NCBI GenBank assembly: GCA_028023455.1
Contig: JAQFVV010000001.1
Coordinates: forward strand, 6,324,001-6,388,000
Source of the DNA: Epiperipatus broadwayi
Lineage: Eukaryota > Animalia > Onychophora
Length of the DNA: 64,000 nt
Direction: 5' to 3'
A program made the position numbers and the translations under genes. The notes below the pieces were generated by a model. It had not been told where the DNA came from, ran no database searches, and worked only from the letters and a program-made list of their open reading frames with translations. Below, in pieces: positions 12,781 through 25,166 of this stretch (position 1 is its first letter; each line of letters starts with the position of its first letter).

Positions 12781-15700
12781 AATTTAATATATTTTTGATC
12801 CTCTTTTATAGTATTTTCATATTACTAATAATGGCAAAACATCCAATATATATATATATATATTAATCTGGGTCCCCCAAAATTTCCGTATTAACCAGGT
12901 TTAAAATATCTTGAAACATAACCTTTTAATACTATGGGCACAGACCGTCCCTTCAAGCAGAGGGAAGAATACTATCAATAGCATAGTCATTAATGATACC
13001 CAAAGTCAGATTGGGCTGTACAAAGGATAACCCAACCACATTTCCTGATTGTGGCCCACCTCGACTGCTTGAGAAAAATCCTGCCATCTAAAGCATTTTA
13101 TTTATTTTGAGGATCAAACTCAAGCACCAGTCAACCATATGTTATATAGTTGGCATGCTTTTGGATGAGAGGCATACAATCCAGCACTTGACATATTCCA
13201 GGCTAGCTCATACTCTTAACCTGGATCAAGCACATTTACTTAATACATAAGAATTTTTTATAACTTTAAATTCATGGTGACACAGTGACAAGAGAGAGAA
13301 AATAGACCAAATAATAATTAAGCAAACATTCGTATTTATTCATGCACAGATATATCTAACATAATATAAAACAACACAATAATATAAAAATTTACATAAA
13401 AATACAAATGATTAATCAAGCTAAATTTCATCATAGTCCTTTGTTAAAGTTCACTTCATTTAAAAATAAAATATTTATAAACAATTATTATGAAAAAATA
13501 TATTACCTAGGTTTTTGAGATATTAGAGACACAGTTCATTTGGTTTTTGTTCATGTTAATATTACTTTCTAACTTATTGGCTTTTTGGTCTCCATCAGTG
13601 GTTTCAGGATTTGTTTTCTATTTTGGTCTTGACAATGGGAAAAAAAGAGAATTAGCAGCAGTGTCTCCTTCACCATTTTGGAATCAGTTTTCAGTGAGCG
13701 TTCAGATGGACAGTTGATTTGCAGAGGATTTTTGGAGCTTGAAATCCAGTTGAACACTACTGAAGCTGTCTAGCAATGTATGTTGCTAGATATGTGGCTT
13801 CTGCAATAATATTTTCTGCTGCAGTAATGAATGGTTTTATATGTCCTTAGATTTTTGAATCTCTGGAACAATGAATAACATAATGAATCAATCACAAAAT
13901 GAAGATCAGAATGATTCACAGACTCGAGAGCAGAATAATAACAATAGATAGTGCTGAACTTATATATCCTTTCCCTCTCATTGTTTTAATTTCTTATCAT
14001 TATTTTTAATTTTGATTATAACTTGGATCTGTTTTGTCTTAATTAATTTTTACATTTTATTAATATAATCTTTTTCTTAGATTAATCTACTATCATTTTT
14101 GTGAGATGGTTTACATGTTTTTCTTTTAATTAATTCAATCAGTAATCTTTTAAACTAATTACATTTTTGTAAGATTTCTTTTACAAACTAATTTTATTCT
14201 AACTTTCCGTATTTACTTATTTTTATACATTTTATTTTTTTAATTTACAAAAATGAGTTTTCTTTAATGGGAGAGAGTTTATAAATCTTTTTCTACCCCA
14301 TTCTCAAGGCAAAGCTTTATTCTTTTTTAAAAGAAAATATAACACAATCTTTATTTTATTATGTTTTAAAATCTACTTATTAACTAAATATTTTAACTAT
14401 TTTCATTTATTTGATTTTCTTTTTAATAAATCTGATCATATATTTTTAAACTTTGAAATATGTAACACAGATATATGTGAGTTTTATAACACATATCTCA
14501 CAAGCATCATACAGTATACTATTCAATAGTATAGGAAAAAATAAATTATTTTATAGTGGTTTTAAAGAAATTAATTATTATTTTCAATTCTAAATTTAAT
14601 TTTAAAATTTAGTCAATTTTATTTATTAAAAATAAATTTCAATAAAATTGACCACCATTATTTTTTTCTTGTCATACAATTTTCTTAGATTAAAGTGGGA
14701 AAAAGTTTCATGATAAAGATGAAAATAAAATAAGACTTGAAATTAATAAACCAATAAGAATTTAATACATAGGGTCATGGGTTAAAAAAAGTAGACTGGA
14801 GAGGGAGTGAGAATCAGAATATATAAAAGGGAAAATGATGTTTGTATGGGGGGGGGTTCTTTGTAAAATCTAGTGGCTAGTGAACCATAAATTCTGATTC
14901 TCTGCTTTTATCATCTGCTTTGGCTTTGCACATAACAGTCGAAAATTTTAAGAAATGTATATATTTTTCTTTTGTCAATGAATTGCTAAAAACATAGATA
15001 GGCATACCTATCTCTCCTGTAAAATTAATTGATGACAAAATTTATTCATAACAAAAATTTGCTGCATTGTACCTTAATCTCCATGTTGAGTTTATGGGCT
15101 TTGATTTAAAAGAAAATGTTTTAGAAACAAATATTGATGAATACATATTTTATCCGTAGCTTGATTAGAATATTTAAACAGATCTTTGGATTCTTAATGT
15201 TGCCAGTTGGAAATATAGCTGAAAATATTTAATTTTTTATTGTTTATGTGTATATTTAATTTAATACATGCCTGGATAAGGATTATTGGACAAGAAACAC
15301 TTGCCAAACATTGAAGAAATTGTGGAATGGAAATAAATTAGTATATCATCTTAAGCACTTATTAATACAAATCCTAGAATAAATATATGAAAAGAAGCAT
15401 CTATGACAAATCTGGAAATCAAATTTGAAAAAGTGAAGCGTCTATAATAATAATATTGAAATAATATTTGAAAAAAAGGAAGCATCTATAAAAGAAAACC
15501 CTGGAATAAAATCAGTAAAAGTGAATCTAACCTTAAAGATTATCGATCATCAAATGTGAATAATTGTGATTAAGCTTAATAATCAGGATTATTGATGTAG
15601 CTACATACTAAATGAATATTGTCTCTGTGTTACTCCAATAATCGTTAAATTGGGATAAATTTGATCTGCTTGCCATGGCTATGCACAAAAATTCTGTCAA

Positions 15701-17099
15701 ATATTGTTTGTTTATGATAAGTATGTGTTTCTCATTGGATACGTATGTACCTTGCAGAAGAACCAACTTTAGCTTCAAGGGATATCAACAAAGACTATAT
15801 GTAACATTTTACATTTTTTATTATGTTTGGTAAATGATTATGATTATTAGAGAATTATAAAGGTGATTTTGATCCTATACTAAACTATTGAAGGTTATAA
15901 AGAATTATAGATCCCTTAGAAATTGCTTAAGCCCATAGTATTAATAAATAGTAAAAGAGAGAAGAGTATGAATTATTATAAACGTACCTTTATGCTTGTA
16001 ATTTTAAATCGATATTTTTATGTCTAATGTCATATTTACATGTTTGATATTTATTGCTATACATTAGTAAGTATGTGTGATTTATCTTAATCATGAATCT
16101 TAAATAAATGATGCTTATTTCTTGACCTATAAAATTAATTTATTTAGTAAATTTTATTTGTAGTCGGTTAAGACTGATCGGTTCCTACATCAATGATATG
16201 ATACTCCTGTATGTAATGGAAAATTGCAAATAACTATTGTTAGTTGAAGTAGAGTAGTTTTAACACTCCAAGGGATAAAGATAAAGGATATCTTACTATT
16301 AAATCATTTTGTATGAAGGTATTAGGAGATTGAGGATATGATCCCAGCTCCACTTATATTTATTGCCTACTAAGGGAATTATTTATATGGTTGTAGGGTA
16401 GTACCTTAGCATGCCTTTTAAAATATATGTGTAGAGACTAGTTCCTCATGTAACATTTTATCTCAAGAAGAAGGCAACTCTCAAGTTCATGCTAAGACTC
16501 AAAAATTTTTAGTAACTTATTTTATTTTTCCTTATGAATACACTAAAATTTACATTATCAAGGAATACAGAATGATGTAGAGTATAGCAATTGTAAAACT
16601 TTGCAAGGTAGAGTAAGAGTTGCTTGTGGAGGGGTTAATGTTAAAATCATATTCGTATATTGATGTACGGAGTAGCTGAGCTTTGCCTTTAGCTTGTATG
16701 CAACCGATACTTAGTCCAAATTTAAGTATTTAAAAATTCAAATACAAATAAGCAGTGGGCATTATACCAGTTAATCCAGAAGTAAAACATCGCTGGACTG
16801 GTAACAAAGTTGGCATGATTTTACATAAAAGAATATTGAATGTTGATATGTATTTTCAATATAATTAGTAGATGTGTATTTCAAATAATTAGTGGAATGT
16901 CAAGGATATTAAATATATGTTGACATTAATAATCGCAATGAGACACTAGAAAATTTGAATATCAATTTTTTTTTTACATGTAGAAAACAGAATTTGTTTT
17001 ATTGCCATTTAAACATTCTAATTTTAGAGTTATTATAAATCTTGTTTGGAAAAAAAAAATCTCATAGTAAAGTGGGCCAGCAAATTGAATGGACTGTAG

Positions 17100-17132
<33 letters not shown>

Positions 17133-17179
17133 TACATGAATAAGCATTTATTTTATAACGTCTTGCATGCGATTATAAT

Positions 17180-17353
17180 TACGATAGAATGACAGCCTGT
17201 TAAGCTAATTGCGCAGACACTGTGAGAATGTTATTAATAAATGAATACCTTCGAACAAATACTATATCATGTGGTTGTTCGAAGATATTCATTTATTAAT
17301 AACATTCTCACAGCGTCTGCGCAATTAGCTTAACAGGCTGTCATTCTATCGTA
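17180..17353. mobile_element. Young MITE-like hairpin element
   Basis: 78-bp arms with 2 mismatches, 16-nt loop, TA at both ends, CpGs retained. Confidence 0.85.
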
Positions 17354-17354
17354 T

Positions 17355-17357
<3 letters not shown>

Positions 17358-17423
<66 letters not shown>

Positions 17424-17807
17424 AAGAAGAAGAAGAAGAAGAAGAAGAAGAAGAAGAAGAAGAAGAAGAAGAAGAAGAAGAAGAAGAAGAAGAAGAAGAA
17501 GAAGAAGAAGAAGAAGAAGAAGAAGAAGAAGAAGAAGAAGAAGAAGAAGAAGAAGAAGAAGAAGAAGAAGAAGAAGAAGAAGAAGAGAAGAAGAAGAAGA
17601 AGAAGAAGAAGAAGAAGAAGAGAAGAAGAAGAAGAAGAAGAAGAAGAAGAAGAAGAAAAAGAAGAAGAAGAAGAAGAAGAAGAAGAAGAAGAAGAAAGAA
17701 GAAGAAAGAAGAAGAAGAAGAAGAAGAAGAAGAAGAAGAAGAAGAAGAAGAAGAAGAAGAAGAAGAAGAAGAAGAAGAAGAAGAAGAAGAAGAAGAAGAA
17801 GAAGAAG

Positions 17808-17837
<30 letters not shown>
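17358..17837. repeat. Compound microsatellite (AAT)n followed by ~440 bp of (AAG)n
   Basis: Directly visible. It accounts for the poly-Phe/Ser/Leu ORF 17354-17902. Confidence 0.99.
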
Positions 17838-17838
<1 letters not shown>

Positions 17839-18915
17839 TGTTTATATTATAACTTGGAAGCACAGCTTCATGCTTAAGCACATTAATTTTAAAATAAGGC
17901 AAGGGGTCAAAAACAGGAAATTATTATTATCAGATATACACCTTGATTCATTCAAAAGTTGTAATCTTAAGTTAATATTTTACACAATGTAACTTGGCAA
18001 AACCAACTATGCTAGTCTTAAAGTTGTAGTTAGTAAAAATCCCATTTGTAAATAAGTTAAGTTAGTATTTTATTATATATATATATATTAGGCATTGCCA
18101 AGATGCTTTATTTAATTGTAGATTTTTTTTTGTTTTTTTATTTAATTATTTAATAAACATTCGTTATTGTTTTTAAATTTAAATTGTGTCTCATGTCTTG
18201 ATATTTTAGGTATCTGGAACCTTACACCATTTTATAAAACTCTTATAACTACTTACCACCCCATCAAACTTTATAAAAGTGATAGAAGTGTAGAATATTA
18301 AAATCTCATTACATTCAAAATTTTATAAATTGTGCCATAGTTATTGGTTTCAACAACTTGTATTTTCGATATAATCGATCATGAAATATCTTTAGTAAAG
18401 GAAATAATAAATCTATATAGTGTATTGATAAATAATATAAAAATATAAACAACAAACATATATGAAGTATTCATTGGTTATTGGCAAACAAAAGTGATAA
18501 GATAAAAAAAAAGATAATGGATTCAAATATAATAAATCTTAATTATTTAATTTTAATTTGTTACAATGTAACTAATATAAGGAGTAGATATGAAATCACT
18601 TTTCTTCTCTTAATATTTGGAGACGTTCTCTAATAATAATAAACTACAATTAAAATTTGTTAGATTACAAATTATTTGTAGCGCTATAGGACATATTGTT
18701 GGCTAAATTAAGAATAGACATTAGCTCACATAAGTGTATGTCTATTCAATTTATGTTGACAGGAATCCTATCCAAGGGTTAGTAATGAATTGAACATTAA
18801 TGGATGGTTACATCTCACCAATAGATCAAAAACTTGAAAAATAAGAATATTGCAATTATTAAATTCAAGAGAGCTAGCTTGAAAATAAAATATTATAAAT
18901 TTTCAAATGTTAAAG

Positions 18916-19054
<139 letters not shown>

Positions 19055-22023
19055 CTTAGTCTGGAGTTATTAAAAATAAAAGGTACACTCCATTCTTGTA
19101 TGTGTGTTGAGGGAAATAAGATTAACGGTTATCATTTGAAAAGATATAAAGGAGAACACAATACAGACATTTGATATTATATAATTGTGACTGTTAAAAG
19201 TAATAGATGCTGAGAACGAAAAGAGTATTAATTGGGTTAAATGAGAAGGGTTAATAACATCTATTTTACTTTGAATTAAACAATAATCTAGTAATAAATA
19301 TTATTGAAATAAGTTACAAGTTCTCTGCATGGATTACTGATTTATTTCTAGTCATTTACATATTAGAAATACACAATAATATTTCTACAATTATTGTTGG
19401 AGATCATATACCTATGTATAGTTGTGGAAGAAAGTTGTTTATAATATTTTGCTAATAATAATAACTTATCAGGAAATTATTTGTATAATACTACCAAGTT
19501 CAAAAGTAGGAATGTAATGTATTATAATTGATCTTATTAACATTATATTTGTTTGAAAATTTTAATTACTTCTTCCACAGTCTTCTAATACAGGAAGCAT
19601 TGATGATGATCTCTGGTGGGCATTACATATAAAGATGCAGTTACAATTGGTGCCCAGGTACAGATAGTTCTATCAACCTAATCCTATTAAGTTTTCATGG
19701 CAGTTATTTATTTATTGATCGTTCGTCAACAGAGATTGTGGTTAGAATATATATATATATATATATATAGCAATGCTATGGGAAAATACAGAGTCATACC
19801 TAATATGATGATCATCAGTATGTGAACATCAACTGTCCTAAATAAATTAGCCATTTGCAACTCTTCAGAAAATTGGGGTTTAAACCATGAGAGATCTGAG
19901 GAATTGTATTGTTATCCTTAAGTTAAAAAAATAAAATTGTATCTCAAAAGGGATGAGGACAATCGATCACTATGATAGAACAGCATATCTAACTATAAGT
20001 TCACCAGCAATCCCGAAAAGTAATAATCATTCATCATTATGAATGATCTATCAAGCTAAATCAATCAACAGTCCATCTTGTGGCTTGATAGGAAATGGGT
20101 CTTCTGTAGATCAGACTAACTATTGAGCCTTTTCCAGCTTGAGCAGGCACAAATTTAAGTGCAATCTATAACAACCCAACCAAAAAATAATAATGCTGGG
20201 ATATTAAAACATGCAGATCATTATCAATTCTATTAATGTATTGGCCAATTATAAACTTAATTTCTAATAGAGACCAAACTAAATAAAATGTGCATGGACT
20301 TTGAAAAATATCCTCTTCATGCTAACCTAGGAATCATCATCATCATCATCTGGATAGCCACACACTAAATATAAATCCCCTACCCCAAATAGCTGTTATG
20401 CACAAATCTAGCTCAGGAAGCAAGATCTCTATAATTTATTACTGTAAGAGGGAAATAAATAAGTAAACTTATTATAAATAATCTTAAGCCATTCATGGAT
20501 TTCCCCTACTTCTAAATAACTCGTTTTATTGAGATCATCAAGAGAAAAAAAACTAAATCCTAGAATATAAGCTGTTGTGATATAAGGTCTCACACACCCA
20601 ATACTTCATGAACCAGGAATTGGATAGAATGAAGTAATTAAGACTATAAAAAATAATTTTTTTAAAACAATTATTTAATATCTAATTAATCAAAAAATGA
20701 CTTGATAGTTGATCATTTCAACATTGATTTCATCATAAAAAATTAATAAATATACAGTTTGTTAAAATTATATTAACCTACCAATTAATGTTTATTCATG
20801 GATTAACTTTCAGTTCATTAAGTTATATCTTTAAAAATATCTAAGATTTTATTAAACATTTTCAAAAATCAAAGGTAGCAATCTTTGATTCTACCCAGAG
20901 GGTAAATTGAGAAAAAACCCATTTTATGAAACAAAAAACAGATTTTCTATTAATAAAATTATAGTGTGCACACATAATAAATACATATAGCCATGGCTCT
21001 CTTCACTATAGTGGACTTTCCAGTTGCAATTTCACTTTTTTCTAATGGAGTATCTTGAAAGCTTCTAGACTTGGGTCTGGTTAAATTTGTCATTTCCGGG
21101 ATCTGTAGTAATTCCCAATACATGGAAATAGCAATTTTGTCCATTTGGTTCTTTTCTTAAAGTTCCAGGTGAAACATATATAAACAAAGTCTCATGTTCT
21201 TGGTTGAAGGCTAGAATGCAACAACTTAAAGGGAGTTTAACCTTCCCTGCATTTTTTTCCAGTGAAGGTAGTCTGGATGGAGGAAGAGGATGTCTATATT
21301 TTATCTGAATTTAGCACATGGTTTTCATTCTACAAACTATTTTATTAAGGCAATAAACCTCAAGAGTGTACAGTTGAAAATGTGGAGGTAGGGACCTATA
21401 TACCTTCACATTTTCAAGTACACACTCTTGAGGTTTATTGCCTTAGTAAATATTACTTATGTAATCAATGTGCAGTAAATAAATGTATAATTAAATCATT
21501 TTAGTGCAGGCATCATCTTCCTCCATATAACATACTTTAACTGGAAGAAAATGTAGGGAAGGTAAAAAAAACTTTAAGCAGTCTGCAATTTAGCCTTCAA
21601 CTAGGAACATGAGTGTTTGTCTATATCTGTCTCACCTGGAACTTTGAGAGAAAAACCAAATGGACAAAATTGCTATTTTCATGTATCTGGAATTACTACA
21701 GACCCAGGAAAAGACAAACTTAACCAGGCCTATGTTTAGATGCTTTCAAAAAGAAACTTTATTAGAAAAAACTGACTATGGCTATAGGTATTTTTTGTGT
21801 GCACACTATGATTTTATTAATATAAAATCTATTTCTTTGTTTCATAAATGTAATAAGTTTTTTTTCTTTCAATTTGCCATCTGGGTAAAATCAAAGTGTT
21901 CTACATGTATTTTTATATTGGAGTATTTCAATCATTTAGAGTCTGTATTGAATGTCTTTAGAAAAATTTAATTTTATTTAAATATTTCAAATACATTCAA
22001 CTATTAATAATAGCACACCAAAT

Positions 22024-22190
22024 AGGTTAGTATGACTCAGTTGGTTAGAGTGTTACCTTAAAATTCATTAATCAAGAATGTAAGGGTCCAGTTTTGAACC
22101 CATACTAGTACTGTTACTGGTCAGGCCAGCAACACCTGAAGAAAAGGGGAGAATAATACCTCTCAAAACATTGTGCATATACTAACCTGT
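22024..22190 (+). mobile_element. tRNA-derived SINE with decayed hammerhead tail, copy 1
   Basis: A-box TGACTCAGTTGG, B-box-like GTTTTGAACCC, stem TAGTATG/CATACTA. Tail CAC-CTGAAGA-aaAGGGG...CCTCT-CAAAAC-ATT-GTG. Confidence 0.6.
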
Positions 22191-22876
22191 TTAATGTGCT
22201 ACTACTAACAGTTGAATATATTTGGAATATTTAAATAAAGTTAAATTTTTCTAATGACATTTAATACGCATATTAGATGATGGAAATAGTCCAATATAAG
22301 TACAAAAAGATTGCTATCTTTGATTGTTGAAAATGTTTAATAAAATCATTATTTTTAAAGAAATAACTTAATGAATTGAAAGTTAATCCATGAATAAATT
22401 TATTTATTTTTTATGATGAAATTGATGTTGAAATGATCTACTGTCATGTCATTTTTTGTTAATTAGATATTAAATATTTGTTTTAAAAATTTTTCTTTTT
22501 AATCTTAATTACGTTATTCTATCCAATTCCTGGTTCATAAAGTGTTGTGTGTGTGAAAGACCTTATATCATGACAGCTTATATTCTAGGTTTCTATTTTT
22601 TCTCTTGACAATCTCAAACTAGTTATTTATAAGCATGAAACACCCATGAATTGCTTAAGATTATTTATAATAAGTTGATTCATTTATTTATTTTCCTCTT
22701 ACAGTAATATAGAGATCTTGCTTTCTGAGCTGCATAACATCTATATGGGAAAGGGGAATAATATTTAGTGTATGGGCATCCAAATGATGCTAATGCTTTC
22801 TGGGTTGGAATGAAGAGGATATTTTTCAAAGTCCATGCATTATATTTTATTTAGTTTGGTCTCTATTAGAAATTAA

Positions 22877-24488
22877 GGTTCTAGTAAACTATTAACTGTG
22901 CAGCCTTTGGTGGTGCTGTTTCTAGTTAAGAACAGAGCATTATAACATTACCGGGCTGCTAGATTTTTTTTATCTAATAGATCGTATTTTGACATACGGC
23001 TGTAATTTTTTTTTTTTAATATTTAATATATTGTTGTTGTTTGTTTTGGACATAATTTTTTTTTTAATATTTAATATATTGTTGTTGTTTGTTTTGGACA
23101 TAATTATTTTTTTGGTTTTCATTTGATAAATTTAAAACTATAAAGGAGACTTTGACCTACTTTTTGGATCTCAAAAGTACATAATTTTTGACATACGCCT
23201 TTATTTGGGGTGGGGGATTTCCATTCTAAATCTACTGTTTCTTTTTTACAGATGTCTTTTATTTTTTTCATTTTGGATTCGATACATTTCAAAGAAATAA
23301 GGGACAGTTTTAACTTTTTTTTGAAATATCTCAAATTTTTTTAATAATAACAAATAAAACGTCCAAAACAAAAACCAAAAAGTCAATCGCGGTATTGTTT
23401 TTTTAACACAAAAAATATGTATGTTAATCGGTTTTGTTACATTCTGTAGGATTTATCTTTTTTAAGAGTCATACAAGTTTGTTAAAGATTTTTTGTTTTC
23501 ATAACAAATAAAATGACCAGTATTTTTATTCTTTTTTAACAACAAAAATTAGCTCGGGTTCATTTTTAAAATCTACTTAACGTGCTGTTTATTGATTTAA
23601 AACAACAACAAAAAACCTCTTTTTGCTTCTAAATGGAACGTATAGGTATGTCAAAAGAAGAAGTATTTTTTAAAAAAAAAAATCAATCAATCAAGAGATG
23701 TCCAACAAACTATGCCGCCCCTTTTTAACACTGTCATTCTGGGTGTTAATTACATGATTTACAGATAAAAATAATGGTAAACAAAACACAAATTCTTTCC
23801 AGAAAATAAATTTATTAACCACATATGACTCAACTAAATCAACTGTAATGAATGGCAGGATGTTTTGGGCTTGCAAAAATGCAACTGCCTCACTTTTTCT
23901 GTTTGGGACATCCCACAAATATAATAACGTGGTAGACATTTTGTTCTTCTTTTTCAACTCTCGTCTGAGTCACGACAGAAATGGTATTTTTCCGCAAACA
24001 ACTCCAATCATCTGCCAGAGAGCTTGAGAAATTTTATTTTGTCTTTTTTGACCCCCAAAAAAACCAAAATTAGCCAAAAAAATTTTTTTTTGACAAATAT
24101 CAATAATACGCTGAAAATTACTATTACGCAAAAATCTTTCAGTTGGAAAATACAGAAAATCATAAACATCAACAAATAAACACTTGAAAAAGATGACAAT
24201 GCTCACACTCTCATCTTAAATTCTAGCGACAATACAAATTCTGTCAATATGCATAGGAATTCAACCTGCAATGAAATCAACGGCAAACTATATGATCATA
24301 GTATTGTTAGTAGACGTAGTGTTATTGATACGCAGAAGAATTGGCCGCATATTATAACCACTATGTATGATCTACTCATATATTAATGATCACTCGTATA
24401 TTTTTCGGCCACAAAAGTGGTATAATTCTGTGTTTTTACACAGAAACAGCGCCACCAAAGGCTGCACAGTTAATAGTTTACTAGAACC
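22877..24488 (-). mobile_element. Merlin-type DNA transposon, copy 2 (internally deleted)
   Basis: 47-bp terminal inverted repeats GGTTCTAGTAAACT... with one mismatch. Perfect 8-bp TSD GAAATTAA (22869-22876 and 24489-24496). The empty site is visible in homologous copies near 20260 and 28360. Confidence 0.93.
23691..23957 (-). pseudogene. Merlin/ISXO2-like transposase N-terminal remnant
   Basis: MSTTLLYLWDVPNRKSEAVAFLQAQNILP resembles the LW.LP..E..A..FLQ..GIL start of Merlin transposases. It lies inside the copy 2 terminal repeats. Confidence 0.6.
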
Positions 24489-25016
24489 GAAATTAAGTTT
24501 AGTTGGCCAGAATATTAAAAGTACTAAGTATCCAGAGCATTGATGATGAGCAACATGTGATAATATTCCAGCATTATTATTTTTGGATTGTATTCTTATG
24601 GATTACCACTTAAGTTTGTGCATCCAAACTATGGTTTAAATAATTTCCCAAGCCGATAAAGGCTCAGTAGTTAGCCTGGTCTATACAAGACTCATTTCCA
24701 ATCAAGCCACAAGATGGAATGTTGATTGATTTAGTTTGGTAGATTATCCATGATGATAAATGATTATTACTTTTAGGGAGGCTGGTAAACATATAGTTAG
24801 ATGTGCTGATCTTTCAGAATGATCTGTTATGCTCAACCCTTTTGAGGTTAATTTTTTTAACTTAAGGATAAAAATACAATTCCTCAGATCTCTCATGGTT
24901 TAAACCCCAATTTTCTCTAGAGTTACAAATGGGTAACCAATTTAGGGCAGCTGATGTACATGTACTGGTGACCATCACTCCAGATACAATCCTGTATTTT
25001 CCTGTAGCTTTACAAT

Positions 25017-25034
25017 TGGTGCCCAATGTAGGGT
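25017..25034 (+). promoter_or_regulatory. Decayed tRNA-Lys(CTT) primer-binding site after an LTR-like end
   Basis: TTACA-AT-TGGTGCCCAATGTAGGGT versus TGGCGCCCAACGTGGGGC: 14/18 identical, and two of the differences are CpG transitions. Confidence 0.55.
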
Positions 25035-25166
25035 GCCATTTGTAATGGGATGGGTAAATATAGGTCATACATGGGGTGATAGTAAATCATTATCATTCCC
25101 AAGTAAATTAAATTTAAAAAATTGCAAAAGTATAATATTAAAGTAAAATTTTATCACAAAAATATG

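Larger units (their letters stand above)
19771..25014. repeat. Large fold-back: left arm 19771-21390, loop 21391-21400, right arm 21401-25014 (interrupted by a ~410-bp insert and Merlin copy 2)
   Basis: Colinear reverse-complement similarity along both arms, also shown by the mirrored ORFs 20959-21144(-) and 21660-21971(+) that both start MDKIAI. Confidence 0.9.

Noticed and set aside
17354-17902. 182-aa poly-Phe/Ser/Leu ORF
   Set aside because: It is the translation of the (AAT)/(AAG) microsatellite.
20959-21971. Two MDKIAI ORFs as a divergent gene pair
   Set aside because: They are mirror images within the fold-back, diverge by frameshifts, and match no known family.
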